DNA of 64,000 nucleotides from the UHGV virus genome UHGV-0272730. One strand, 5' to 3'. The notes under the pieces were generated by a model. The model worked only from the letters and a program-made list of their open reading frames with translations, was not told the DNA's origin and made no database searches. The stretch comes from a virus. Made by a program: the position numbers and the translations under genes. Positions 27,502 through 36,665 of this stretch are shown here, piece after piece (within the stretch, counting starts at the first letter, position 1; each line of letters starts with the position of its first letter).

Positions 27502-27727
27502 TTTAGAATCTCCAGTTTAGGATTTTATTTAGTGGGGAAGGCCATTCCCTCCCGTTGATTAGTAATTTACTTGTTTTGATTTCTGATTGCAAGTAATTTT
27601 TTTTTTTTAAGTTTATCTATAAAGAATCTTTTAAGTTAATCCCTTTAAGATAAACCCCCTCGAACAAAGTTACCAATGTCAATGGGTATTGTCAACACTT
27701 TTTTGAAAGTTTTTTGTAAGTTATTGA

Positions 27728-28069
27728 TTAACTGATGAATATTTTTTCAGGTTTTACATAGCTGATACGCTGACTTTTTAGCAGGTCATCCCAGATTAAC
27801 GCGGCGATATGGGCATAACCGGATTCACGTAAAAGTTTCATTGTTTTACTTCTCGTTTCAAAACGGCTTGCATAGTACTCACTATTCAGCGTCGTTTTAT
27901 TCCCTTCGTTGTCTACATGGATAATCTGCATCACTTGAAAGGGGCTTGTGTCCTCGCCTTTATTCCACTGTTCAAAGTATTTTAGGCACTGCATAGGTGA
28001 CATCTTATCACTGACCTGAGTTGACCATGATGCGCCAGCTTTATCGGTAATTACGGTTACATAAGCCAT
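27728..28069 (-). CDS. hypothetical early protein
   Basis: 113 aa ORF preceded by cassette. Confidence 0.45.
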   Translation of the reverse strand: MAYVTVITDKAGASWSTQVSDKMSPMQCLKYFEQWNKGEDTSPFQVMQIIHVDNEGNKTTLNSEYYASRFETRSKTMKLLRESGYAHIAALIWDDLLKSQRISYVKPEKIFIS

Positions 28070-28159
28070 TTTTAGATTCTCCAGTTTAGGATTTTATTTA
28101 GTGGGGAAGGTCATTCCCTCCCCGTTGATTGACAATTTACAGATTTTTATCAGGCTTGT

Positions 28160-28393
28160 CTAGTCTTTTTCAATGATAATTTCATACTGGCCATCTACGC
28201 TGTCAAAATAGACACCGTCTTCATCTTCTGTCTTAAAGTAGCATTGAATATCATCACTGGCGGGATAGTCTTGCCTTGCTATCTGGCAAACTTGAATAGC
28301 ATTTTCTTTACTTCCTGTAAACTCTTCAAGCCCTTTAAAGTCACATGAATGGCCATTACAGATGGAAAGGATGAGGTAAATGGTTGTAAGCAT
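28160..28393 (-). CDS. hypothetical small secreted or lipoprotein-like protein
   Basis: 77 aa; hydrophobic N-terminus MLTTIYLILSICNG with Cys near predicted cleavage site. Confidence 0.4.
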   Translation of the reverse strand: MLTTIYLILSICNGHSCDFKGLEEFTGSKENAIQVCQIARQDYPASDDIQCYFKTEDEDGVYFDSVDGQYEIIIEKD

Positions 28394-28459
28394 GATTTAA
28401 GCCCTCTAAAAGCCCCTACAAGGGGCTGATTAGTGTTTATAAGGTGATTGCATAGGTTT

Positions 28460-29002
28460 TTAGAAAAAGCTCTTTAAATCCTCTTCTGCAATGTTTCCTG
28501 TCAGTGTATCCATGATGTCACAAAAAACCTGAATACTGTCCGACTGTTGAACACTTTTAGCAAGAAGCTCCAGAGACTCATCAAGATAGTTTAAATTTGG
28601 GTTATCCAATGAAGGAAGACAAAAAGGTGAATACATAGCGTTAAACTCTGTTGTATAGACCTTTTTAATCCAATTTACATCAAAGTACTCTGTAAAACTT
28701 GCTACACTCGACATATTATCACAAGAATAATCATCGTTTAGCTCATCCTCTGGAATATCGAGTTCTAAGATAACAATATTTTGAGTCTTCATCTGAAAAG
28801 CTGCGGTGATAGTGGCATTGCCTAGAGCTTGCTGAATACCTTCCGATGTTATCTCTTCATCATCGTCGCCATAGATTTTATTTTCTGGATACACGTAAAA
28901 ATTGCCGTCCATATCCGAACAATTCCATGCGCCTGATGGTTTATCACCGTTATTAATCAGGTTGAGGAAATTTTCTTGAGTAGTTCCGTGATAGCATTTC
29001 AT
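28460..29002 (-). CDS. hypothetical early protein (acidic)
   Basis: 180 aa ORF preceded by cassette. Confidence 0.45.
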   Translation of the reverse strand: MKCYHGTTQENFLNLINNGDKPSGAWNCSDMDGNFYVYPENKIYGDDDEEITSEGIQQALGNATITAAFQMKTQNIVILELDIPEDELNDDYSCDNMSSVASFTEYFDVNWIKKVYTTEFNAMYSPFCLPSLDNPNLNYLDESLELLAKSVQQSDSIQVFCDIMDTLTGNIAEEDLKSFF

Positions 29003-29089
29003 TTTTGAATCTCCTAGTTTAAGGATTGAGTGGTAAAGCTCTTTATCTGGGGCTTACTTTATCGAACTATAAGCCCCTTGTAAAGTGCT

Positions 29090-29338
29090 TTATTTAACTT
29101 TCTTTGAGAAAACTAGTTTGACTGCAACTGTAGGAATCTCGCCAGCAGTTGTAACCAGCATTACTTTTTGAGTAACCAACCTATAGCCGTTCTTTGCAGC
29201 GTATGCGGTGAAACGGTTAACATTGTAACTATAAGTTTTTGCCGTGTTATCTGGCATGTGGTAAATGAAAGGTTTACCCAAATTTTCTTCTTGTGTCAAT
29301 AATCTACAGGTATCGGGAATGTTAAAGTAGTTCATCAT
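29090..29338 (-). CDS. hypothetical early protein
   Basis: 82 aa ORF preceded by cassette. Confidence 0.45.
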   Translation of the reverse strand: MMNYFNIPDTCRLLTQEENLGKPFIYHMPDNTAKTYSYNVNRFTAYAAKNGYRLVTQKVMLVTTAGEIPTVAVKLVFSKKVK

Positions 29339-29424
29339 TTTTAGAATCTCCAGTTTAGGATTTAGTGGTAAAGCTCTTTATCTGGGGCTTAAGTTATCAA
29401 CTTTTAAGCCCCTTGTAAAGTACT

Positions 29425-29628
29425 TTATTTGTTATTTTTGACAACTTTTAAAACTGCAAGATAGCCTAAGCAATAAGAATCACCGAAGAGAGTCCTACCC
29501 ATGAAAGAATCCTCTTTGATATCCTTTGCAGTGACAGTTTTTTCTACGCCGTGGGAAAGGACTATATCGCCAACTTTGATATCTTTGATGTGTGTAGTTT
29601 CAATGGTTAAATCATTAATAATAGCCAT
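29425..29628 (-). CDS. hypothetical early protein
   Basis: 67 aa ORF preceded by cassette. Confidence 0.4.
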   Translation of the reverse strand: MAIINDLTIETTHIKDIKVGDIVLSHGVEKTVTAKDIKEDSFMGRTLFGDSYCLGYLAVLKVVKNNK

Positions 29629-29732
29629 TTTTTGAATCTCCTAGTTTAAGGACTTTACTTAGTGGGGAAGGTCATTCCCTCCCCGTTGATGTGTAATTTA
29701 ATCTATCTAAAAACCAGTGTCAACAAAATTTT

Positions 29733-30137
29733 TTAGAGTTCTGCATAAATTGCATCACAGATATCGCGGAAGTCATGATTAGTCAAATTACGCTGCAACC
29801 AAGTGGCGAAAAAGTCAGCGATTGCAAAGTTAGCATCATACTCGACAGATAGCCACACTTTAACAGCAAATCGGAACATTTTCAAATCTAACTCTTTATT
29901 CATTACCTTAGATTTGCCTAACATGTCGGACATTTCATATTGCGCACCGTCTAGTGTGATACCTGCTGCAACGTCAGCCAATGAATTTTTTACGCTTTCA
30001 ACGTCTAAGATAACACTTTGAATCTTCCCAATAATGTTTTGCAGTGTTTCATCTGGTGCTGATGACGTGATAACATTAATCCGGTTAACGGTCAAACGTG
30101 CTTTTAAAATTGATAATTCACGGTTATTAATAGCCAT
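29733..30137 (-). CDS. hypothetical early protein (start set to ATG; track used upstream TTG)
   Basis: Cassette GGAG sits 9 nt upstream of ATG at 30137..30135. Confidence 0.45.
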   Translation of the reverse strand: MAINNRELSILKARLTVNRINVITSSAPDETLQNIIGKIQSVILDVESVKNSLADVAAGITLDGAQYEMSDMLGKSKVMNKELDLKMFRFAVKVWLSVEYDANFAIADFFATWLQRNLTNHDFRDICDAIYAEL

Positions 30138-30223
30138 TTTTAAGTTCTCCAATTTAGGATTTAGTGGTAAAGCTCTTTATCTGGGGCTTACTTTATCGAA
30201 CTATAAGCCCCTTGTAAAGTACT

Positions 30224-30496
30224 TTACATTAAATGCAGTTTTTTGCCTTTTACTATAATGTAACTCGATGTGCTATTGCTTTGCACATCTTGATAAATTC
30301 TGCGCAAACGGCCTTCATAGTGTACTTTCCAGCTAGTTGGAATCTTTTTCCCGTATCCGGTAGCAGTTTTTTGGAGTCCTGCTACTTGCCAATCTAAGAT
30401 GTGTTGCTCAGCTTGTAAATCATCAAAGCACATTACACCATCAACATAGTGACGTAGAGTGACATTTAAAGTACGACCGTTGTTAGTAGTATACAT
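30224..30496 (-). CDS. hypothetical early protein
   Basis: 90 aa ORF preceded by cassette. Confidence 0.45.
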   Translation of the reverse strand: MYTTNNGRTLNVTLRHYVDGVMCFDDLQAEQHILDWQVAGLQKTATGYGKKIPTSWKVHYEGRLRRIYQDVQSNSTSSYIIVKGKKLHLM

Positions 30497-30585
30497 TTTT
30501 GAATCTCCTAGTTTAAGGACTTTATTTAGTAGGGAGGTTATTGCCTCCCCGTTGATGTGTAATTTAATCTATCTAAAAATCAGTG

Positions 30586-30918
30586 TCAACAGTTTTGTTT
30601 TCGTTTGCTCAATTCTTGAACAATTACAGCGTGATAATCTTTTAAGTCACTAATATTTAAAGCATTTATCAGAGAATTATAATCATCGACTAATTGAAAA
30701 TTATCTTTGAAAATGTCACTGATTTGATAAGTTCTCGCCCTGAATCTAAAGCTCATTTCTAGCCGTTTTAATTGTTCATCACTTAAACGCTCTAGAAAGC
30801 TCATTACAAGGTTATTATTAACCTGCTGTGTGATTGCCTTATTTGCTAGATTATAGGCTTTATATGCCTTATATAGCGCGAAAATGGCAATGATTGCAGT
30901 GATACCAGTCATTAACAT
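30586..30918 (-). CDS. hypothetical membrane-anchored early protein
   Basis: 110 aa; N-terminal TM helix GITAIIAIFALYKAY. Confidence 0.4.
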   Translation of the reverse strand: MLMTGITAIIAIFALYKAYKAYNLANKAITQQVNNNLVMSFLERLSDEQLKRLEMSFRFRARTYQISDIFKDNFQLVDDYNSLINALNISDLKDYHAVIVQELSKRKQNC

Positions 30919-31208
30919 GGTGTTTCCTCTTTACGTGATACTTTGCCATTTACAGTTATCTCATAGGATTCTAATAAATCGCTTTTAGACTTTACAGGAC
31001 TTTTAAAAGTATCATCATAAATATTGACTTGCAATACAGGTTTTTTATACTCCCTGTAACTGTTCCATAAGCAAATCACTACACGACGGCCTTTGATTTT
31101 TCCGTGTAACCATTCCATAACATCATGACTATTCCTTGATGTTTCAATGAAATCAATTTTATTAAGTAACTTGCTTAAATTTTCACGGACTTTATTTGAT
31201 AATTTCAT
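30912..31208 (-). CDS. hypothetical early protein
   Basis: 98 aa ORF preceded by cassette. Confidence 0.45.
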   Translation of the reverse strand: MKLSNKVRENLSKLLNKIDFIETSRNSHDVMEWLHGKIKGRRVVICLWNSYREYKKPVLQVNIYDDTFKSPVKSKSDLLESYEITVNGKVSRKEETPC

Positions 31209-31300
31209 TTTAGAATCTCCTAGTTTAAGGGTTGATTTGAATAAAGCTCTTTATCTGGGGCTATCTTATCAGTCTGATAACCCCGTGTAAAGAAATCTAT

Positions 31301-31813
31301 TTAGTTCTTAAAGATATTCATCACTGAGTCTTTCAACGATTCCAAACGTTCTAATACTTCAGATTCTGCGTCTGCGTTGTTCACCTCTTCTTTTAGTCTA
31401 TCCTCTAAATCATCGCCGTCACGATAGCACCAATCGAAAGCATAACCAAGATAAAAACTTTCTAAAACCGTGCTACCGTTTGCATCCACAACTTTCGCGG
31501 CAAGGTTATACTCTGAAGCCTCTAAATCTCTTTCTAGTTCTTTCTGTAAGCTCGTGTAAGCCTCTTTCGATGGATTCTCACGGCCTTGTTTTGCATAGTC
31601 ACTTGAAAGCTGTTTAAGGCTGTAATGTAAAGGGATTGCATATTTAAATTCATTACGCTGACAGTTAGGATTTTTAATCGTCACACCGCCTCGATGGTCA
31701 TCTGTAAACTTCCAATTATCAAGATTATGGCTTGCTTCAAAGCAATTTACCGCTTCGTAGATAATAGTGAATTTTTCTTTTACAACTTCAAAGGTAGCGT
31801 CTACAGTTTTCAT
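31301..31813 (-). CDS. hypothetical early protein
   Basis: 170 aa ORF preceded by cassette. Confidence 0.45.
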   Translation of the reverse strand: MKTVDATFEVVKEKFTIIYEAVNCFEASHNLDNWKFTDDHRGGVTIKNPNCQRNEFKYAIPLHYSLKQLSSDYAKQGRENPSKEAYTSLQKELERDLEASEYNLAAKVVDANGSTVLESFYLGYAFDWCYRDGDDLEDRLKEEVNNADAESEVLERLESLKDSVMNIFKN

Positions 31814-31898
31814 TTTTGAATCTCCAGTTTAGGATTGAGTGGTAAAGCTCTTTATCTGGGGCTTAAGATATCAACTTTTAAGCCCCCTGTAAAGTACT

Positions 31899-32192
31899 TT
31901 ATTTGTTAATTTTCAGCTTTGCATAACTTCTCATTGTACGAATGGGGGATGTTAATGCTACGCGTCTAATATATGCCTTTTTCGTGTATACACTTGTCTT
32001 CCCGATAGTGTTTACACATGTAAAAAGGTTTATCGGTGAATTTTTTAACTTCAACTGCTTATCAACCTTCACGCCCCACCTTACAGCAGATTGTTTTCCG
32101 TTGTCAACCACTTTCCCGCATAACTTTTTAGCCATGATACGAGCGTCATCACGAGTCTTTGCGGTAATTACAACGTTTTTGATAATAGCCAT
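31899..32192 (-). CDS. hypothetical early protein (start set to ATG)
   Basis: Same cassette/start arrangement as 29733..30137. Confidence 0.45.
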   Translation of the reverse strand: MAIIKNVVITAKTRDDARIMAKKLCGKVVDNGKQSAVRWGVKVDKQLKLKNSPINLFTCVNTIGKTSVYTKKAYIRRVALTSPIRTMRSYAKLKINK

Positions 32193-32278
32193 TTTTAAGT
32201 TCTCCAATTTAGGATTTAGTGGTAAAGCTCTTTATCTGGGGCTTACTTTATCGAACTATAAGCCCCTTGTAAAGTACT

Positions 32279-32662
32279 TTATTTGTTAATTTTGAAGATA
32301 GTTACATAACCATCACTACCGATTATTTGAGACACTCCAGCTTTTTCTACTTTATAGCCCATATTTTCAAGATGATAAACAGCATCATCATAACCATATG
32401 CGCCACCCTGATAACGTCTCTTATCACATTTTATCAGGTTTTTACCACGTCCAGCAAGTGCATGTAAAATGGCTTTTTCACTTGAAAGAGTACCATCTAA
32501 CATGGTTGCCGTGTAATGGTTGATTCTATTCCCGTTTACATCATACTTAAAATTGAATGCGTGAACAATGATAATGTTACCTTTAAAATTTTCATCAAGT
32601 GACTTCTCCAGTGCGTTGCGAAAGTTGTCCTTGTTGATGAATTTAGGTGCACGATAAGCCAT
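32279..32662 (-). CDS. hypothetical early protein (first gene of early block)
   Basis: 127 aa ORF; preceded by cassette and candidate promoter. Confidence 0.45.
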   Translation of the reverse strand: MAYRAPKFINKDNFRNALEKSLDENFKGNIIIVHAFNFKYDVNGNRINHYTATMLDGTLSSEKAILHALAGRGKNLIKCDKRRYQGGAYGYDDAVYHLENMGYKVEKAGVSQIIGSDGYVTIFKINK

Positions 32663-32725
32663 TTTTGAATCTCCAGTTTAGGACTTTATTTAGTGGGGAA
32701 GGTCATTCCCTCCCCGTTGATGCAA

Positions 32726-32754
32726 ATATTAGATAACCACACTCAAAGAGTCAA
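32726..32754 (-). promoter_or_regulatory. candidate strong sigma70-type promoter for early gene block
   Basis: Minus strand TTGACT (32749-32754), 17 bp spacer, TAATAT (32726-32731). Confidence 0.45.
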
Positions 32755-32920
32755 GAAAAATTTTAAAAATATTTTTGGCAAAACTGTAATGAAACGGGCG
32801 CACACGACTACCACAAAACAGAACACAAATCAAGAATTATTTTTCAATCCGCTACAAATTTTTCTCTTGACTTTTAGGGAGAGGGGGAGAGGGGTTGGTC
32901 TGGCTCTCTATAAAAACCTA

Positions 32921-33065
32921 CCTGCACAATTCTAAAATGATTTTTCTTGCCCGACCTGAGCGGGGTCTGCACGTTTTGAAAATGATTTTTCTATCCGGCT
33001 ATGAGATTTTTTGGGATATCTGTACAGACCCCTACAGATACCTGCACAAATTGAAAATGAAAAAG
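32921..33065. repeat. three direct repeats of a roughly 27 bp element
   Basis: CCTGCACAATTCTAAAATGATTTTTCT (32921-32947), TCTGCACGTTTTGAAAATGATTTTTCT (32967-32993), CCTGCACAAATTGAAAATGAAAAAG (33041-33065). Confidence 0.55.
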
Positions 33066-33138
33066 GCCGCCTTACCTTAAATTTTTCAATGGGTTAGGCA
33101 GCCTTCTTAGATGATTTGTAGATACTATGAAGTGCTAA

Positions 33139-33918
33139 TCAGCTTATGAATTTGAACTTTTTAGAATACAGCAAGTAGTGAACTTCATCCTGATTTGTTG
33201 TGTAGATGTATGCTGCTGGGTAGTTATCAAAGAACACCCCTTCATATCTTCCAAACGGGTCAACTGGGAACATTTCACTGTTACACATACCCATCTCACT
33301 AACCAGAGGGTAACTAACCTCAACCTTGCCATCAACAAGCTGATAGAGGGTAACTTGATTAGTCTTCCCGTCACTTAGCACGACACCATCATAGAATTGT
33401 GGTGCTGAGGTAGCATACTTAGGGGTAACTACACTTGCCATTGCTTCATCATAGACGTAGAGGTACACATCAACGTTATACATAACACTATTAATGAGGC
33501 TTTTCACAGCTTGTGCATCTAAACCGCCTATACCTGCCCCAATCATGGGTAAACCAATCTTACGAATGTTGTGCAGCCAGCAAAATTTACGGAGTTTTTC
33601 TAGTGACTCCACTAAGTATCGGTATGATGCACACTTCCCAACATCCAACTGTGTATATAGGTTAAAAATGTAACCATACTCCGTTCGAGCATGTGACACC
33701 TCACCAACCATCTGGTATCCGATATCATGAGCACTGTAGCCAAACTTTTTATGGAATTTCCGGTCAGCTTCTTCAGCTTTTGGGAAAATCTTAGCAATTT
33801 TTTGAGCGATTCCAGCACCCATGAGGTTACGACAGTTGCAACCATGAGCAATTAACTCAATATCTGTGTTTTTGAAGGCAGCCAGTAAGTTACCTTTTAC
33901 AACTTTTACAATACCCAT
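33139..33918 (-). CDS. macrodomain protein (TARG1/DarG-like ADP-ribosyl hydrolase fold) with C-terminal domain of unknown function
   Basis: 259 aa; N-terminal 150 aa carries IAHGCNCRNLMGAGIAQKIAKIFP and GLPMIGAGIGGLD, matching TARG1/OARD1-type macrodomain signatures as I recall them; C-terminal 110 aa unassigned. Confidence 0.55.
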   Translation of the reverse strand: MGIVKVVKGNLLAAFKNTDIELIAHGCNCRNLMGAGIAQKIAKIFPKAEEADRKFHKKFGYSAHDIGYQMVGEVSHARTEYGYIFNLYTQLDVGKCASYRYLVESLEKLRKFCWLHNIRKIGLPMIGAGIGGLDAQAVKSLINSVMYNVDVYLYVYDEAMASVVTPKYATSAPQFYDGVVLSDGKTNQVTLYQLVDGKVEVSYPLVSEMGMCNSEMFPVDPFGRYEGVFFDNYPAAYIYTTNQDEVHYLLYSKKFKFIS

Positions 33919-34119
33919 TTAACATCTCTCCCAAGATTCTTTATCTTCTGAAGGTTTTACACGTTGTCCTTCGTGGTCTACCCAGATACACCCGCAACCT
34001 TCACAGATTACTGGCATTGCATAGCCAGCTTTAAAGTCATCTTCAGTGATAAGACCTTTTAAGTCACCTGTATCACGTCCGAACATTTCGATAGAACAGT
34101 CTTTGCAGAAGTCAGCCAT
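33919..34119 (-). CDS. small Cys-rich (zinc-ribbon-like) protein
   Basis: 66 aa with CKDC...CEGCGC; start abuts macrodomain gene. Confidence 0.4.
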   Translation of the reverse strand: MADFCKDCSIEMFGRDTGDLKGLITEDDFKAGYAMPVICEGCGCIWVDHEGQRVKPSEDKESWERC

Positions 34120-34131
34120 ATAATATACACC

Positions 34132-34359
34132 TTATAGTTCAGTTTCTCGTAATTCTTTGCCTTCATCATAGAAGCATTTATAAAATGTATCTATAGAAAT
34201 TCTGGCAAAGGTGAGGTCTTCAAAGTATTCTTCTGGAGTTATCCCTGTGAAACTAAAGTTATCGAGATTGTAAAACGGTATCACTGTGTCGTCACTAACG
34301 AAAACACATGCTGATGTAACTTCTCCAGTGTCTTTATCAATTACCTCTAGAGCTTTCAT
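34132..34359 (-). CDS. hypothetical protein
   Basis: 75 aa ORF. Confidence 0.35.
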   Translation of the reverse strand: MKALEVIDKDTGEVTSACVFVSDDTVIPFYNLDNFSFTGITPEEYFEDLTFARISIDTFYKCFYDEGKELRETEL

Positions 34360-34666
34360 AGTTTACCTTCTCAGTTAGCTCATATAAATCAACATGCTCA
34401 ATACTGTCAATGTTGATATCAATCTTTTTGAAACGTTCTATCACTTCGTTGTCAGTCATCCATATCAGACACCAATGATTCTGGATGGATTCTTCAAGAA
34501 GGTCAACACAATCTTTAAAAGTTTTTGTATCACTTCTTGTTCCAACTACTGCGATTGTCCCATACAACCACTTACCATTGCCATAAGATACTTGTGCTAC
34601 GCCAACTTCTTTATCTTTCTCGTAGTAAACGGCTACAAAGTCTCTTCCATTAATCTGCATAGTCAC
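34337..34666 (-). CDS. hypothetical protein
   Basis: 109 aa ORF. Confidence 0.4.
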   Translation of the reverse strand: MTMQINGRDFVAVYYEKDKEVGVAQVSYGNGKWLYGTIAVVGTRSDTKTFKDCVDLLEESIQNHWCLIWMTDNEVIERFKKIDINIDSIEHVDLYELTEKVNYESSRGN

Positions 34667-34935
34667 TTCCTCGTTTTAAGAACTGCTAAGATTTCTTTAG
34701 AGTCTGGTAAGAACCATGTGTAGTGATTCTCTTTGATTTCTGGATGAGTGTCAACCTTTATTTTGCACTCTTTACCAACATGCTTAAGCTGTGCTGTGAT
34801 ACCTTGCATAAAGATGTGACACATTACATTATCCATAATCGTAGGTAAGAAATCAATCCTCATGTAAGTATCTTTCGGTCTCGGTAGAAGTAAGTAACCT
34901 TCTGTGTAGAAAGTTTCATCATTACTTTGTGTCAT
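34663..34935 (-). CDS. hypothetical protein
   Basis: 90 aa ORF. Confidence 0.4.
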   Translation of the reverse strand: MTQSNDETFYTEGYLLLPRPKDTYMRIDFLPTIMDNVMCHIFMQGITAQLKHVGKECKIKVDTHPEIKENHYTWFLPDSKEILAVLKTRK

Positions 34936-35201
34936 TACTGCTTATTCCCTAATAAAATCATATCAATAAGGTTATTAGCTTTGATTGTGCACTGGTAAAA
35001 TCCATCACGATAGAACTCAAGGGCTGCTGCCACATCACTACCAGTATTACCTTTGATAGTAAATCTTGAATCTTCTTGAGTGTACTTATCACCCTCACTT
35101 ACTTGGGAGTTTTTGAATGTACTGTTCACTTTGTTCGTTGAACACCCTGACATAATTATCAGTAACACAAACATTATAAAACTCTGGCTTAGTTTTTTCA
35201 T
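34935..35201 (-). CDS. outer-membrane spanin (o-spanin, Rz1-like lipoprotein), putative
   Basis: 88 aa; signal peptide with lipobox-like IIMSGC; gene starts inside the upstream i-spanin-like gene in another frame. Confidence 0.5.
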   Translation of the reverse strand: MKKLSQSFIMFVLLIIMSGCSTNKVNSTFKNSQVSEGDKYTQEDSRFTIKGNTGSDVAAALEFYRDGFYQCTIKANNLIDMILLGNKQ

Positions 35202-35442
35202 ACGTTAGTACCTCTTTTGTGTGCTTATTCTTAGCAAGCACATCTTTCAAATCATTTTTGTAATTAGTGCTCAGTGTAGCTAATCCTTCCTGATAAGCAT
35301 CTTTAGCAACACTTATCAGCTTCTCATTATTTAGCTCAGTTTCAGCAACTTGGTAGTCTCTGTAAGAGTATCCTCCCCAGACACCTGCCCCAACTAAGAA
35401 AACAATTATGAAAGTAGCTTGACAGAACTCTTTAAATGTCAT
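35095..35442 (-). CDS. inner-membrane spanin (i-spanin, Rz-like), putative
   Basis: 115 aa; N-terminal TM helix FIIVFLVGAGVWGGY then helical periplasmic domain; overlaps o-spanin gene. Confidence 0.5.
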   Translation of the reverse strand: MTFKEFCQATFIIVFLVGAGVWGGYSYRDYQVAETELNNEKLISVAKDAYQEGLATLSTNYKNDLKDVLAKNKHTKEVLTYEKTKPEFYNVCVTDNYVRVFNEQSEQYIQKLPSK

Positions 35443-35460
35443 TTAACAATCTCCTAAAAT

Positions 35461-35482
35461 GAAAAAGGCTCCCGAAGGAGCC
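35461..35482 (-). terminator. rho-independent terminator
   Basis: Minus strand hairpin GGCTCCTTCGGGAGCC followed by TTTTT. Confidence 0.55.
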
Positions 35483-35494
35483 TGTATCTTAACC

Positions 35495-35959
35495 TTAACC
35501 GAGGACTTTAGCAAGGATATTCGCAGCCATCGAAGAAGCTTTTGCAGCAGCAACTACGCCAGCTTTGACAGTGCTATCCTTAATAGCAGATACCGTTGCA
35601 GCATCAGTAAAGAGATAAGTGATTGTTTTGGAACCACTTGTAAAGGAAAGCATAAGGGTAGTTTCCAGATTGAAAGAGCGATACGGAGCACCTTCTTTAA
35701 CGATACCTTCAGCACCTAACTCTGAAGCCTTACCCATATCATAGATAGTCATCAGGTTTTCTTTGTGTGCAGTCGTTGAACCAACACCTTTTACGTGCTT
35801 CTTAACGTTCAACAATGCACGATATTCACGAATGCTGCCATCAGCTTTTACATTAACAGCACGGAAAATTTTACCTTCAAAGTTACCTTGAATCATTTTA
35901 CGAACTACTTCAGATTTGTTTGCCGTATCGTCCAGTGCTACCGTAATGATATTGTTCAT
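35495..35959 (-). CDS. hypothetical protein
   Basis: 154 aa ORF. Confidence 0.45.
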   Translation of the reverse strand: MNNIITVALDDTANKSEVVRKMIQGNFEGKIFRAVNVKADGSIREYRALLNVKKHVKGVGSTTAHKENLMTIYDMGKASELGAEGIVKEGAPYRSFNLETTLMLSFTSGSKTITYLFTDAATVSAIKDSTVKAGVVAAAKASSMAANILAKVLG

Positions 35960-35969
35960 AAGTTTTCTC

Positions 35970-36665
35970 TCAATGTTTAACTAACATGGTTTTAATGTGT
36001 GGAAGGATTCTGTTCACCTTCTGCACATTCTTCTCTGTATCTTCTATAAAACATACTATATTAAAGTAAGGAAGAATGCAAGACTGAATCATCCTCACTT
36101 TCAAACTTTCTGCATTTATAGAGTTAGTTCCAAAACCACGCATAAAAAGCATGTAATCATGCTCTATGTAATGCCTTAAAAACATCTCAGTAGGGATTCT
36201 CTGAGATTCACCTCTAGCTGTCAAGAGTCCAATGGCAGCATGATTAGCAATTGCATCAATGATATTGAAAACATACGTCGGCTTTGCACTTACAGAGTCA
36301 AGCAAATTAGTGTACTGTGAAAATGACCCATCAATCAATTCCGTTGAGTAATCTTCGTGATTAAAATTTGTAAGAACACCATCAATGTCTGCTAAGATAA
36401 GGTTACCTTTTTCTACAAGGTCTTTATTGACTATGACTAAGCTGTCACGCCTTACACCTACAGTTTGTCCAGTCTCTTTGTCCACAACGCTCACAATTGG
36501 TTCTGATGTGTGGAACTCTTCAAGTGAACATACAACTTCTCTTGCAGTATCTTCAAAATCCCTGCACTGTTCTGGAGTCCATACACAGGAATCAAGACCT
36601 AACTCATGAGGGTGCAAGTTGTAAGCATGGCACAGTACTTCATCAGACTTTCTTAATTTTTTCAT
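35970..36665 (-). CDS. HAD-superfamily phosphatase (possibly nucleotidase)
   Basis: 231 aa; LILADIDGVLTNF matches HAD motif I (DxDG[TV]). Confidence 0.5.
   Translation of the reverse strand: MKKLRKSDEVLCHAYNLHPHELGLDSCVWTPEQCRDFEDTAREVVCSLEEFHTSEPIVSVVDKETGQTVGVRRDSLVIVNKDLVEKGNLILADIDGVLTNFNHEDYSTELIDGSFSQYTNLLDSVSAKPTYVFNIIDAIANHAAIGLLTARGESQRIPTEMFLRHYIEHDYMLFMRGFGTNSINAESLKVRMIQSCILPYFNIVCFIEDTEKNVQKVNRILPHIKTMLVKH

Larger units (their letters stand above)
26577..32720 (-). repeat. array of at least 14 copies of a conserved roughly 65-90 bp intergenic cassette (stem-loop + AT-rich spacer + GGAG SD)
   Basis: Copies at about 26577-26640, 26905-26970, 27502-27575, 28070-28145, 28394-28459, 29003-29089, 29339-29424, 29629-29732, 30153-30223, 30497-30585, 31209-31300, 31814-31898, 32208-32278, 32663-32720; type A has hairpin GGGGAGGGAATGACCTTCCCC, type B has GGGGCTTAA...TTAAGCCCC; all end in CTAAACTGGAGATTCTAAAAATG-like start region. 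Confidence 0.7.
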
